Of a stretch of DNA of 64,000 bases, positions 13,951 through 28,900 are shown piece by piece. This stretch comes from Eledone cirrhosa (Eukaryota). Made by a program: the position numbers and the translations under genes. The notes below the pieces were generated by a model. That model had not been told where the DNA came from, did not search any database, and saw nothing but the letters and a program-made list of their open reading frames with translations. The stretch's first letter is position 1. Each line of letters starts with the position of its first letter. The stretch is from NCBI GenBank assembly GCA_964016885.1, contig OZ024744.1, positions 13,578,001 through 13,642,000 of the forward strand, in the 5' to 3' direction.

Positions 13951-16900
13951 CACTCTCTAAATTGAGAGATCACAACTTCCATACTATGGACATGTGGTTA
14001 GAATGTCTCAGTAGATCAGAGAGTCACTTCAGTTGAAGCCACTCTCTAAATTGAGAGATCACAACTCCAATAGTATGGTCATGGGGTTTGAATGTCTCAG
14101 TAGATCAGAGTGTCAATCCAGTTAAAGTTACTCTCTAAATTGAGAGATCACAACTCCAATACTATGGACATGGGTTTTGAATGTCTCAGTAGATCAGAGA
14201 GTCACTCCAGTTAAAGCTACACTCTAAATTGAGAGATCACAACTCCAATACTATGGACATGTGGTTAGAATGTCTCAGTAGATCAGAGAGTCACTTCAGT
14301 TGAAGCCACTCTCTAAATTGAGAGATCACAACTCCCATACTATGGACATGTGGTTAGAATGTCTCAGTAGATCAGAGAGTCACTCCAGTTAAAGCTACTC
14401 TCTAAATTGAGAGATCACATCTCCCATACTATGGAAATGTGGTTAGAATGTCTCAGTAGATCAGAGAGTCACTCCAGTTAAAGCCACTCTCTAACTTGAG
14501 AGATCAGAACTCCCATACTATGGACATGTGGTTAGAATGTCTCAGTAGATCAGAAAGTCACTCCAGTTAAAGCTACACTCTAAATTGAGAGATCACAATT
14601 CCTATACTATGGACATGGGATTAGAATGTCTCATTAGATCAGAGTGTCACTCCAGTTAAAGCCACTCTCTAAATTGAGGGATCACAACTCCCATACTATG
14701 GACATGTGGTTAGAATGTCTCAGTAGATCAGAGAGTCACTCCAGTTAAAGCCACTCTCTAAATTGAGAGATCACAACTCCAATACTATGGACATGGGGTT
14801 TGAAAGTCTCAGTAGATTAGAGTGTCACTCCAGTTAAAGTTACTCTCTAAATTGAGAGATCACAACTCCAATACTATGGACATGTGGTTAGAATGTCTCA
14901 GTAGATCACAGAGTCACTCCAGTTAAAGCTACTCTCTAAATTGAGAGATCACACCTCCCATACTATGGACATGTGATTAGAATGTCTCAGTAGATCAGAG
15001 AGTCACTCCAGTTAAACTACTCTCTAAATTGAGAGATCACAACTCCCATACTATGGACATGTGGTTAGAATGTCTCAGTACATCAGAGAGTCACTCCAGT
15101 TAAAGCCACTCTCTAAATTGAGAGATCACAACTCGCATACTATGGACATGTGGTTAGAATGTCTCAGTAGATCAGAGAGTCACTCCAGTTAAAGCTACTC
15201 TCTAAATTGAGAGATCACAACTCCCATAGTATGGACATGTGGTTAGAATGTCTCAGTAGATCAGAGTGTCACTCCAGTTAAAGCCACTCTCTAAATTGAG
15301 AGATCACAACTCCAATACTATGGACATGTGGTTAGAATGTCTCAGTAGATTAGAGAGTCACTCCAGTTAAAGCCACTCTCTAAATTGAGAGATCACAACT
15401 CCAATACTATGGACATGTGGTTAGAATGTCTCAGTAGATCAGAGTCTCACTCCAGTTAAAGCCACTCTCTAAATTGAGAGATCACAACTTCCATACTATG
15501 GACATGTGGTTAGAATGTCTCAGTAGATCAGAGAGTCACTTCAGTTGAAGCCACTCTCTAAATTAAGAGATCACAACTCCAATAGTATGGTCATGGGGTT
15601 TGAATGTCTCAGTAGATCAGAGTGTCAATCCAGTTAAAGTTACTCTCTAAATTGAGAGATCACAACTCCAATACTATGGACATGGGTTTTGAATGTTTCA
15701 GTAGATCAGAGAGTCACTCCAGTTAAAGCTACACTCTAAATTGAGAGATCACAACTCCAATACTATGGACATGTGGTTAGAATGTCTCAGTAGATCAGAG
15801 AGTCATTCCAGTTAAAGCCACTCTCTAAATTGAGAGATCACAACTCCCATACTATGGACATGTGGTTAGAATGTCTCAGTAGATCAGAGAGTCACTTCAG
15901 TTGAAGCCACTCTCTAAATTGAGAGATCACAACTCCAATAGTATGGTCATGGGGTTTGAATGTCTCAGTAGATCAGAGTGTCAATCCAGTTAAAGTTACT
16001 CTCTAAATTGAGAGATCACAACTCCAATACTATGGACATGGGTTTTGAATGTCTCAGTAGATCAGAGAGTCACTCCAGTTAAAGCTACACTCTAAATTGA
16101 GAGATCACAACTCCAATACTATGGACATGTGGTTAGAATGTCTCAGTAGATCAGAGAGTCATTCCAGTTAAAGCCACTCTCTAAATTGAGAGATCACAAC
16201 TCCCATACTATGGACATGTGGTTAGAATGTCTCAGTAGATCAGAGAGTCACTCCAGTTAAAGCTACTCTCTAAATTGAGAGATCACAACTCCCATACTAT
16301 GGAAATGTGGTTAGAATGTCTCAGTAGATCAGAGAGTCACTCCAGTTAAAGCCACTCTCTAACTTGAGAGATCAGAACTCCCATACTATGGACATGTGGT
16401 TAGAATGTCTCAGTAGATCAGAGAGTCACTCCAGTTAAACTACTCTCTAAATTGAGAGATCACAACTCCCATACTATGGACATGTGGTTAGAATGTCTCA
16501 GTAGATCAGAGAGTCACTCCAGTTAAAGCCACTCTCTAAATTGAGAGATCACAACTCGCATACTATGGACATGTGGTTAGAATGTCTCAGTAGATCAGAG
16601 AGTCACTCCAGTTAAAGCTACTCTCTAAATTGAGAGATCACAACTCCAATACTATGGACATGTGGTTAGAATGTCTCAGTAGATTAGAGAGTCACTCCAG
16701 TTAAAGCCACTCTCTAAATTGAGAGATCACAACTCCAATACTATGGACATGTGGTTAGAATGTCTCAGTAGATCAGAGTCTCACTCCAGTTAAAGCCACT
16801 CTCTAAATTGAGAGATCACAACTTCCATACTATGGACATGTGGTTAGAATGTCTCAGTAGATCAGAGAGTCACTTCAGTTGAAGCTACTCTCTAAATTGA

Positions 16901-19900
16901 GAGATCACAACTCCAATAGTATGGTCATGGGGTTTGAATGTCTCAGTAGATCAGAGTGTCAATCCAGTTAAAGTTACTCTCTAAATTGAGAGATCACAAC
17001 TCCAATACTATGGACATGGGTTTTGAATGTCTCAGTAGATCAGAGAGTCACTCCAGTTAAAGCTACACTCTAAATTGAGAGATCACAACTCCAATACTAT
17101 GGACATGTGGTTAGAATGTCTCAGTAGATCAGAGAGTCATTCCAGTTAAAGCCACTCTCTAAATTGAGAGATCACAACTCCCATACTATGGACATGTGGT
17201 TAGAATGTCTCAGTAGATCAGAGAGTCACTCCAGTTAAAGCTACTCTCTAAATTGAGAGATCACAACTCCCATACTATGGAAATGTGGTTAGAATGTCTC
17301 AGTAGATCAGAGAGTCACTCCAGTTAAAGCCACTCTCTAAATTGAGAGATCACAACTCCAATACTATGGACATGGGGTTTGAAAGTCTCAGTAGATTAGA
17401 GTGTCACTCCAGTTAAAGTTACTCTCTAAATTGAGAGATCACAACTCCAATACTATGGACATGTGGTTAGAATGTCTCAGTAGATCAGAGAGTCACTCCA
17501 GTTAAAGCTACTCTCTAAATTGAGAGATCACAACTCCCATACTATGGACATGTGGTTAGAATGTCTCAGTAGATCAGAGAGTCACTCCAGTTAAACTACT
17601 CTCTAAATTGAGAGATCACAACTCCCATACTATGGACATGTGGTTAGAATGTCTCAGTCGATCAGAGAGTCACTCCAGTTAAAGCCACTCTCTAAATTGA
17701 GAGATCACAACTCGCATACTATGGACATGTGGTTAGAACGTCTCAGTAGATCAGAGAGTCACTCCAGTTAAAGCTACTCTCTAAATTGAGAGATCACAAC
17801 TCCCATAGTATGGACATGTGGTTAGAATGTCTCAGTAGATCAGAGAGTCACTCCAGTTAAAGCCACTCTCTAAATTGAGAGATCACAACTCCCATACTAT
17901 GGACATGTGGTGAGAATGTCTCAGTAGATCAGAGAGTCACTCCAGTTAAAGCTACTCTCTAAATTGAGAGATCACAACTCCTATACTATGGACATGGCAT
18001 TAGAATGTCTCAGTAGATCAGAGTGTCACTCCAGTTAAAGCCACTCTCTAAATTGAGAGATCACAACTCCAATACTATGGACATGTGAATAGAATGTCTC
18101 AGTAGATTAGAGAGTCACTCCAGTTAAAGCCACTCTCTAAATTGAGAGATCACAACTCCAATACTATGGACATGTGGTTAGAATGTCTCAGTAGATCAGA
18201 GAGTCATTCCAGTTAAAGCCACTCTCTAAATTGAGAGATCACAACTCCCATACTATGGACATGTGGTTAGAATGTCTCAGTAGATCAGAGAGTCACTCCA
18301 GTTAAAGCTACTCTCTAAATTGAGAGATCACAACTCCCATACTATGGAAATGTGGTTAGAATGTCTCAGTAGATCAGAGAGTCACTCCAGTTAAAGCCAC
18401 TCTCTAACTTGAGAGATCAGAACTCCCATACTATGGACATGTGGTTAGAATGTCTCAGTAGATCAGAAAGTCACTCCAGTTAAAGCTACACTCTAAATTG
18501 AGAGATCACAATTCCTATACTATGGACATGGGATTAGAATGTCTCATTAGATCAGAGTGTCACTCCAGTTAAAGCCACTCTCTAAATTGAGGGATCACAA
18601 CTCCCATACTATGGACATGTGGTTAGAATGTCTCAGTAGATCAGAGAGTCACTCCAGTTTAAGCCACTCTCTAAATTGAGAGATCACAACTCCAATACTA
18701 TGGACATGGGGTTTGAAAGTCTCAGTAGATTAGAGTGTCACTCCAGTTAAAGTTACTCTCTAAATTGAGAGATCACAACTCCAATACTATGGACATGTGG
18801 TTAGAATGTCTCAGTAGATCACAGAGTCACTCCAGTTAAAGCTACTCTCTAAATTGAGAGATCACAACTCCCATACTATGGACATGTGGTTAGAATGTCT
18901 CAGTAGATCAGAGAGTCACTCCAGTTAAACTACTCTCTAAATTGAGAGATCACAACTCCCATACTATGGACATGTGGTTAGAATGTCTCAGTAGATCAGA
19001 GAGTCACTCCAGTTAAAGCCACTCTCTAAATTGAGAGATCACAACTCGCATACTATGGACATGTGGTTAGAATGTCTCAGTAGATCAGAGAGTCACTCCA
19101 GTTAAAGCTACTCTCTAAATTGAGAGATCACAACTCCCATAGTATGGACATGTGGTTAGAATGTCTCAGTAGATCAGAGTGTCACTCCAGTTAAAGCCAC
19201 TCTCTAAATTGAGAGATCACAACTCCAATACTATGGACATGTGGTTAGAATGTCTCAGTAGATTAGAGAGTCACTCCAGTTAAAGCCACTCTCTAAATTG
19301 AGAGATCACAACTCCAATACTATGGACATGTGGTTAGAATGTCTCAGTAGATCAGAGTCTCACTCCAGTTAAAGCCACTCTCTAAATTGAGAGATCACAA
19401 CTTCCATACTATGGACATGTGGTTAGAATGTCTCAGTAGATCAGAGAGTCACTTCAGTTGAAGCCACTCTCTAAATTGAGAGATCACAACTCCAATAGTA
19501 TGGTCATGGGGTTTGAATGTCTCAGTAGATCAGAGTGTCAATCCAGTTAAAGTTACTCTCTAAATTGAGAGATCACAACTCCAATACTATGGACATGGGT
19601 TTTGAATGTCTCAGTAGATCAGAGAGTCACTCCAGTTAAAGCTACACTCTAAATTGAGAGATCACAACTCCAATACTATGGACATGTGGTTAGAATGTCT
19701 CAGTAGATCAGAGAGTCATTCCAGTTAAAGCCACTCTCTAAATTGAGAGATCACAACTCCCATACTATGGGCATGTGGTTAGAATGTCTCAGTAGATCAG
19801 AGAGTCACTTCAGTTGAAGCCACTCTCTAAATTGAGAGATCACAACTCCAATAGTATGGTCATGGGGTTTGAATGTCTCAGTAGATCAGAGTGTCAATCC

Positions 19901-22900
19901 AGTTAAAGTTACTCTCTAAATTGAGAGATCACAACTCCCATACTATGGACATGTGGTTAGAATGTCTCAGTAGATCAGAGAGTCACTCCAGTTAAAGCTA
20001 CTCTCTAAATTGAGAGATCACAACTCCCATACTATGGAAATGTGGTTAGAATGTCTCAGTAGATCAGAGAGTCACTCCAGTTAAAGCCACTCTCTAACTT
20101 GAGAGATCAGAACTCCCATACTATGGACATGTGGTTAGAATGTCTCAGTAGATCAGAGAGTCACTCCAGTTAAACTACTCTCTAAATTGAGAGATCACAA
20201 CTCCCATACTATGGACATGTGGTTAGAATGTCTCAGTAGATCAGAGAGTCACTCCAGTTAAAGCCACTCTCTAAATTGAGAGATCACAACTCGCATACTA
20301 TGGACATGTGGTTAGAATGTCTCAGTAGATCAGAGAGTCACTCCAGTTAAAGCTACTCTCTAAATTGAGAGATCACAACTCCAATACTATGGACATGTGG
20401 TTAGAATGTCTCAGTAGATTAGAGAGTCACTCCAGTTAAAGCCACTCTCTAAATTGAGAGATCACAACTCCAATACTATGGACATGTGGTTAGAATGTCT
20501 CAGTAGATCAGAGTCTCACTCCAGTTAAAGCCACTCTCTAAATTGAGAGATCACAACTTCCATACTATGGACATGTGGTTAGAATGTCTCAGTAGATCAG
20601 AGAGTCACTTCAGTTGAAGCCACTCTCTAAATTGAGAGATCACAACTCCAATAGTATGGTCATGGGGTTTGAATGTCTCAGTAGATCAGAGTGTCAATCC
20701 AGTTAAAGTTACTCTCTAAATTGAGAGATCACAACTCCAATACTATGGACATGGGTTTTGAATGTCTCAGTAGATCAGAGAGTCACTCCAGTTAAAGCTA
20801 CACTCTAAATTGAGAGATCACAACTCCAATACTATGGACATGTGGTTAGAATGTCTCAGTAGATCAGAGAGTCATTCCAGTTAAAGCCACTCTCTAAATT
20901 GAGAGATCACAACTCCCATACTATGGACATGTGGTTAGAATGTCTCAGTAGATCAGAGAGTCACTCCAGTTAAAGCTACTCTCTAAATTGAGAGATCACA
21001 ACTCCCATACTATGGAAATGTGGTTAGAATGTCTCAGTAGATCAGAGAGTCACTCCAGTTAAAGCCACTCTCTAACTTGAGAGATCAGAACTCCCATACT
21101 ATGGACATGTGGTTAGAATGTCTCAGTAGATCAGAAAGTCACTCCAGTTAAAGCTACACTCTAAATTGAGAGATCACAATTCCTATACTATGGACATGGG
21201 ATTAGAATGTCTCATTAGATCAGAGTGTCACTCCAGTTAAAGCCACTCTCTAAATTGAGGGATCACAACTCCCATACTATGGACATGTGGTTAGAATGTC
21301 TCAGTAGATCAGAGAGTCACTCCAGTTAAAGCCACTCTCTAAATTGAGAGATCACAACTCCAATACTATGGACATGGGGTTTGAAAGTCTCAGTAGATTA
21401 GAGTGTCACTCCAGTTAAAGTTACTCTCTAAATTGAGAGATCACAACTCCAATACTATGGACATGTGGTTAGAATGTCTCAGTAGATCAGAGAGTCACTC
21501 CAGTTAAAGCTACTCTCTAAATTGAGAGATCACAACTCCCATACTATGGACATGTGGTTAGAATGTCTCAGTAGATCAGAGAGTCACTCCAGTTAAACTA
21601 CTCTCTAAATTGAGAGATCACAACTCCCATACTATGGACATGTGGTTAGAATGTCTCAGTAGATCAGAGAGTCACTCCAGTTAAAGCCACTCTCTAAATT
21701 GAGAGATCACAACTCGCATACTATGGACATGTGGTTAGAATGTCTCAGTAGATCAGAGAGTCACTCCAGTTAAAGCTACTCTCTAAATTGAGAGATCACA
21801 ACTCCCATAGTATGGACATGTGGTTAGAATGTCTCAGTAGATCAGAGAGTCACTCCAGTTAAAGCCACTCTCTAAATTGAGAGATCACAACTCCCATACT
21901 ATGGACATGTGGTGAGAATGTCTCAGTAGATCAGAGAGTCACTCCAGTTAAAGCTACTCTCTAAATTGAGAGATCACAACTCCTATACTATGGACATGGC
22001 ATTAGAATGTCTCAGTAGATCAGAGTGTCACTCCAGTTAAAGCCACTCTCTAAATTGAGAGATCACAACTCCAATACTATGGACATGTGAATAGAATGTC
22101 TCAGTAGATTAGAGAGTCACTCCAGTTAAAGCCACTCTCTAAATTGAGAGATCACAACTCCAATACTATGGACATGTGGTTAGAATGTCTCAGTAGATCA
22201 GAGTCTCACTCCAGTTAAAGCCACTCTCTAAATTGAGAGATCACAACTTCCATACTATGGACATGTGGTTAGAATGTCTCAGTAGATCAGAGAGTCACTT
22301 CAGTTGAAGCCACTCTCTAAATTGAGAGATCACAACTCCAATAGTATGGTCATGGGGTTTGAATGTCTCAGTAGATCAGAGTGTCAATCCAGTTAAAGTT
22401 ACTCTCTAAATTGAGAGATCACAACTCCAATATTATGGACATGGGTTTTGAATGTCTCAGTAGATCAGAGAGTCACTCCAGTTAAAGCTACACTCTAAAT
22501 TGAGAGATCACAACTCCCATACTATGGACATGTGGTTAGAATGTCTCAGTAGATCAGAGAGTCACTCCAGTTAAAGCTACTCTCTAAATTGAGAGATCAC
22601 AACTCCCATACTATGGAAATGTGGTTAGAATGTCTCAGTAGATCAGAGAGTCACTCCAGTTAAAGCCACTCTCTAACTTGAGAGATCAGAACTCCCATAC
22701 TATGGACATGTGGTTAGAATGTCTCAGTAGATCAGAAAGTCACTCCAGTTAAAGCTACACTCTAAATTGAGAGATCACAATTCCTATACTATGGACATGG
22801 GATTAGAATGTCTCATTAGATCAGAGTGTCACTCCAGTTAAAGCCACTCTCTAAATTGAGGGATCACAACTCCCATACTATGGACATGTGGTTAGAATGT

Positions 22901-25900
22901 CTCAGTAGATCAGAGAGTCAATCCAGTTAAAGCCACTCTCTAAATTGAGAGATCACAACTCCAATACTATGGACATGGGGTTTGAAAGTCTCAGTAGATT
23001 AGAGTGTCACTCCAGTTAAAGTTACTCTCTAAATTGAGAGATCACAACTCCAATACTATGGACATGTGGTTAGAACGTCTCAGTAGATCAGAGAGTCACT
23101 CCAGTTAAAGCTACTCTCTAAATTGAGAGATCACAACTCGCATACTATGGACATGTGGTTAGAATGTCTCAGTAGATCAGAGAGTCACTCCAGTTAAAGC
23201 TACTCTCTAAATTGAGAGATCACAACTCCCATAGTATGGACATGTGGTTAGAATGTCTCAGTAGATCAGAGTGTCACTCCAGTTAAAGCCACTCTCTAAA
23301 TTGAGAGATCACAACTCCAATACTATGGACATGTGGTTAGAATGTCTCAGTAGATTAGAGAGTCACTCCAGTTAAAGCCACTCTCTAAATTGAGAGATCA
23401 CAACTCCAATAGTATGGTCATGGGGTTTGAATGTCTCAGTAGATCAGAGTGTCAATCCAGTTAAAGTTACTCTCTAAATTGAGAGATCACAACTCCAATA
23501 CTATGGACATGGGTTTTGAATGTCTCAGTAGATCAGAGAGTCACTCCAGTTAAAGCTACACTCTAAATTGAGAGATCACAACTCCAATACTATGGACATG
23601 TGGTTAGAATGTCTCAGTAGATCAGAGAGTCATTCCAGTTAAAGCCACTCTCTAAATTGAGAGATCACAACTCCCATACTATGGACATGTGGTTAGAATG
23701 TCTCAGTAGATCAGAGAGTCACTTCAGTTGAAGCCACTCTCTAAATTGAGAGATCACAACTCCAATAGTATGGTCATGGGGTTTGAATGTCTCAGTAGAT
23801 CAGAGTGTCAATCCAGTTAAAGTTACTCTCTAAATTGAGAGATCACAACTCCAATACTATGGACATGGGTTTTGAATGTCTCAGTAAATCAGAGAGTCAC
23901 TCCAGTTAAAGCTACACTCTAAATTGAGAGATCACAACTCCAATACTATGGACATGTGGTTAGAATGTCTCAGTAGATCAGAGAGTCATTCCAGTTAAAG
24001 CCACTCTCTAAATTGAGAGATCACAACTCCCATACTATGGACATGTGGTTAGAATGTCTCAGTAGATCAGAGAGTCACTCCAGTTAAAGCTACTCTCTAA
24101 ATTGAGAGATCACAACTCCCATACTATGGAAATGTGGTTAGAATGTCTCAGTAGATCAGAGAGTCACTCCAGTTAAAGCCACTCTCTAACTTGAGAGATC
24201 AGAACTCCTATACTATGGACATGTGGTTAGAATGTCTCAGTAGATCAGAAAGTCACTCCAGTTAAAGCTACACTCTAAATTGAGAGATCACAATTCCTAT
24301 ACTATGGACATGGGATTAGAATGTCTCATTAGATCAGAGTGTCACTCCAGTTAAAGCCACTCTCTAAATTGAGGGATCACAACTCCCATACTATGGACAT
24401 GTGGTTAGAATGTCTCAGTAGATCAGAGAGTCACTCCAGTTAAAGCCACTCTCTAAATTGAGAGATCACAACTCCAATACTATGGACATGGGGTTTGAAA
24501 GTCTCAGTAGATTAGAGTGTCACTCCAGTTAAAGTTACTCTCTAAATTGAGAGATCACAACTCCAATACTATGGACATGTGGTTAGAATGTCTCAGTAGA
24601 TCAGAGAGTCACTCCAGTTAAAGCTACTCTCTAAATTGAGAGATCACAACTCCCATACTATGGACATGTGGTTAGAATGTCTCAGTAGATCAGAGAGTCA
24701 CTCCAGTTAAACTACTCTCTAAATTGAGAGATCACAACTCCCATACTATGGACATGTGGTTAGAATGTCTCAGTAGATCAGAGAGTCACTCCAGTTAAAG
24801 CCACTCTCTAAATTGAGAGATCACAACTCGCATACTATGGACATGTGGTTAGAATGTCTCAGTAGATCAGAGAGTCACTCCAGTTAAAGCTACTCTCTAA
24901 ATTGAGAGATCACAACTCCCATAGTATGGACATGTGGTTAGAATGTCTCAGTAGATCAGAGTGTCACTCCAGTTAAAGCCACTCTCTAAATTGAGAGATC
25001 ACAACTCCAATACTATGGACATGTGGTTAGAATGTCTCAGTAGATTAGAGAGTCACTCCAGTTAAAGCCACTCTCTAAATTGAGAGATCACAACTCCAAT
25101 ACTATGGACATGTGGTTAGAATGTCTCAGTAGATCAGAGTCTCACTCCAGTTAAAGCCACTCTCTAAATTGAGAGATCACAACTTCCATACTATGGACAT
25201 GTGGTTAGAATGTCTCAGTAGATCAGAGAGTCACTTCAGTTGAAGCCACTCTCTAAATTGAGAGATCACAACTCCAATAGTATGGTCATGGGGTTTGAAT
25301 GTCTCAGTAGATCAGAGTGTCAATCCAGTTAAAGTTACTCTCTAAATTGAGAGATCACAACTCCAATACTATGGACATGGGTTTTGAATGTCTCAGTAGA
25401 TTAGAGAGTCACTCCAGTTAAAGCTACACTCTAAATTGAGAGATCACAACTCCAATACTATGGACATGTGGTTAGAATGTCTCAGTAGATCAGAGAGTCA
25501 TTCCAGTTAAAGCCACTCTCTAAATTGAGAGATCACAACTCCCATACTATGGACATGTGGTTAGAATGTCTCAGTAGATCAGAGAGTCACTCCAGTTAAA
25601 GCTACTCTCTAAATTGAGAGATCACAACTCCCATACTATGGAAATGTGGTTAGAATGTCTCAGTAGATCAGAGAGTCACTCCAGTTAAAGCCACTCTCTA
25701 ACTTGAGAGATCAGAACTCCCATACTATGGACATGTGGTTAGAATGTCTCAGTAGATCAGAAAGTCACTCCAGTTAAAGCTACACTCTAAATTGAGAGAT
25801 CACAATTCCTATACTATGGACATGGGATTAGAATGTCTCATTAGATCAGAGTGTCACTCCAGTTAAAGCCACTCTCTAAATTGAGGGATCACAACTCCCA

Positions 25901-28900
25901 TACTATGGACATGTGGTTAGAATGTCTCAGTAGATCAGAGAGTCACTCCAGTTAAAGCCACTCTCTAAATTGAGAGATCACAACTCCAATACTATGGACA
26001 TGGGGTTTGAAAGTCTCAGTAGATTAGAGTGTCACGCCAGTTAAAGTTACTCTCTAAATTGAGAGATCACAACTCCAATACTATGGACATGTGGTTAGAA
26101 TGTCTCAGTAGATCAGAGAGTCACTCCAGTTAAAGCTACTCTCTAAATTGAGAGATCACAACTCCCATACTATGGACATGTGGTTAGAATGTCTCAGTAG
26201 ATCAGAGAGTCAATCCAGTTAAACTACTCTCTAAATTGAGAGATCACAACTCCCATACTATGGACATGTGGTTAGAATGTCTCAGTAGATCAGAGAGTCA
26301 CTCCAGTTAAAGCCACTCTCTAAATTGAGAGATCACAACTCGCATACTATGGACATGTGGTTAGAATGTCTCAGTAGATCAGAGAGTCACTCCAGTTAAA
26401 GCTACTCTCTAAATTGAGAGATCACAACTCCCATAGTATGGACATGTGGTTAGAATGTCTCAGTAGATCAGAGAGTCACTCCAGTTAAAGCCACTCTCTA
26501 AATTGAGAGATCACAACTCCCATACTATGGACATGTGGTGAGAATGTCTCAGTAGATCAGAGAGTCACTCCAGTTAAAGCTACTCTCTAAATTGAGAGAT
26601 CACAACTCCTATACTATGGACATGGCATTAGAATGTCTCAGTAGATCAGAGTGTCACTCCAGTTAAAGCCACTCTCTAAATTGAGAGATCACAACTCCAA
26701 TACTATGGACATGTGAATAGAATGTCTCAGTAGATTAGAGAGTCACTCCAGTTAAAGCCACTCTCTAAATTGAGAGATCACAACTCCAATACTATGGACA
26801 TGTGGTTAGAATGTCTCAGTAGATCAGAGTCTCACTCCAGTTAAAGCCACTCTCTAGATTGAGAGATCACAACTTCCATACTATGGACATGTGGTTAGAA
26901 TGTCTCAGTAGATCAGAGAGTCACTTCAGTTGAAGCCACTCTCTAAATTGAGAGATCACAACTCCAATAGTATGGTCATGGGGTTTGAATGTCTCAGTAG
27001 ATCAGAGTGTCAATCCAGTTAAAGTTACTCTCTAAATTGAGAGATCACAACTCCAATACTATGGACATGGGTTTTGAATGTCTCAGTAGATCAGAGAGTC
27101 ACTCCAGTTAAAGCTACACTCTAAATTGAGAGATCACAACTCCAATACTATGGACATGTGGTTAGAATGTCTCAGTAGATCAGAGAGTCATTCCAGTTAA
27201 AGCCACTCTCTAAATTGAGAGATCACAACTCCCATACTATGGACATGTGGTTAGAATGTCTCAGTAGATCAGAGAGTCACTCCAGTTAAAGCCACTCTCT
27301 AAATTGAGAGATCACAACTCCCATACTATGGACATGTGGTTAGAATGTCTCAGTAGATCAGAGAGTCACTCCAGTTAAAGCTACTCTCTAAATTGAGAGA
27401 TCACAACTCCCATACTATGGAAATGTGGTTAGAATGTCTCAGTAGATCAGAGAGTCACTCCAGTTAAAGCCACTCTCTAACTTGAGAGATCAGAACTCCC
27501 ATACTATGGACATGTGGTTAGAATGTCTCAGTAGATCAGAAAGTCACTCCAGTTAAAGATACACTCTAAATTGAGAGATCACAATTCCTATACTATGGAC
27601 ATGGGATTAGAATGTCTCATTAGATCAGAGTGTCACTCCAGTTAAAGCCACTCTCTAAATTGAGGGATCACAACTCCCATACTATGGACATGTGGTTAGA
27701 ATGTCTCAGTAGATCAGAGAGTCACTCCAGTTAAAGCCACTCTCTAAATTGAGAGATCACAACTCCCATACTATGGACATGTGGTGAGAATGTCTCAGTA
27801 GATCAGAGAGTCACTCCAGTTAAAGCTACTCTCTAAATTGAGAGATCACAACTCCTATACTATGGACATGGCATTAGAATGTCTCAGTAGATCAGAGTGT
27901 CACTCCAGTTAAAGCCACTCTCTAAATTGAGAGATCACAACTCCAATACTATGGACATGTGAATAGAATGTCTCAGTAGATTAGAGAGTCACTCCAGTTA
28001 AAGCCACTCTCTAAATTGAGAGATCACAACTCCAATACTATGGACATGTGGTTAGAATGTCTCAGTAGATCAGAGAGTCATTCCAGTTAAAGCCACTCTC
28101 TAAATTGAGAGATCACAACTCCCATACTATGGACATGTGGTTAGAATGTCTCAGTAGATCAGAGAGTCATTCCAGTTAAAGCCACTCTCTAAATTGAGAG
28201 ATCACAACTCCCATACTATGGACATGTGGTTAGAATGTCTCAGTAGATCAGAGAGTCACTCCAGTTAAAGCTACTCTCTAAATTGAGAGATCACAACTCC
28301 CATACTATGGAAATGTGGTTAGAATGTCTCAGTAGATCAGAGAGTCACTCCAGTTAAAGCCACTCTCTAACTTGAGAGATCAGAACTCCCATACTATGGA
28401 CATGTGGTTAGAATGTCTCAGTAGATCAGAAAGTCACTCCAGTTAAAGCTACACTCTAAATTGAGAGATCACAATTCCTATACTATGGACATGGGATTAG
28501 AATGTCTCATTAGATCAGAGTGTCACTCCAGTTAAAGCCACTCTCTAAATTGAGGGATCACAACTCCCATACTATGGACATGTGGTTAGAATGTCTCAGT
28601 AGATCAGAGAGTCACTCCAGTTAAAGCCACTCTCTAAATTGAGAGATCACAACTCCAATACTATGGACATGGGGTTTGAAAGTCTCAGTAGATTAGAGTG
28701 TCACTCCAGTTAAAGTTACTCTCTAAATTGAGAGATCACAACTCCAATACTATGGACATGTGGTTAGAATGTCTCAGTAGATCAGAGAGTCACTCCAGTT
28801 AAAGCTACTCTCTAAATTGAGAGATCACAACTCCCATACTATGGACATGTGGTTAGAATGTCTCAGTAGATCAGAGAGTCACTCCAGTTAAACTACTCTC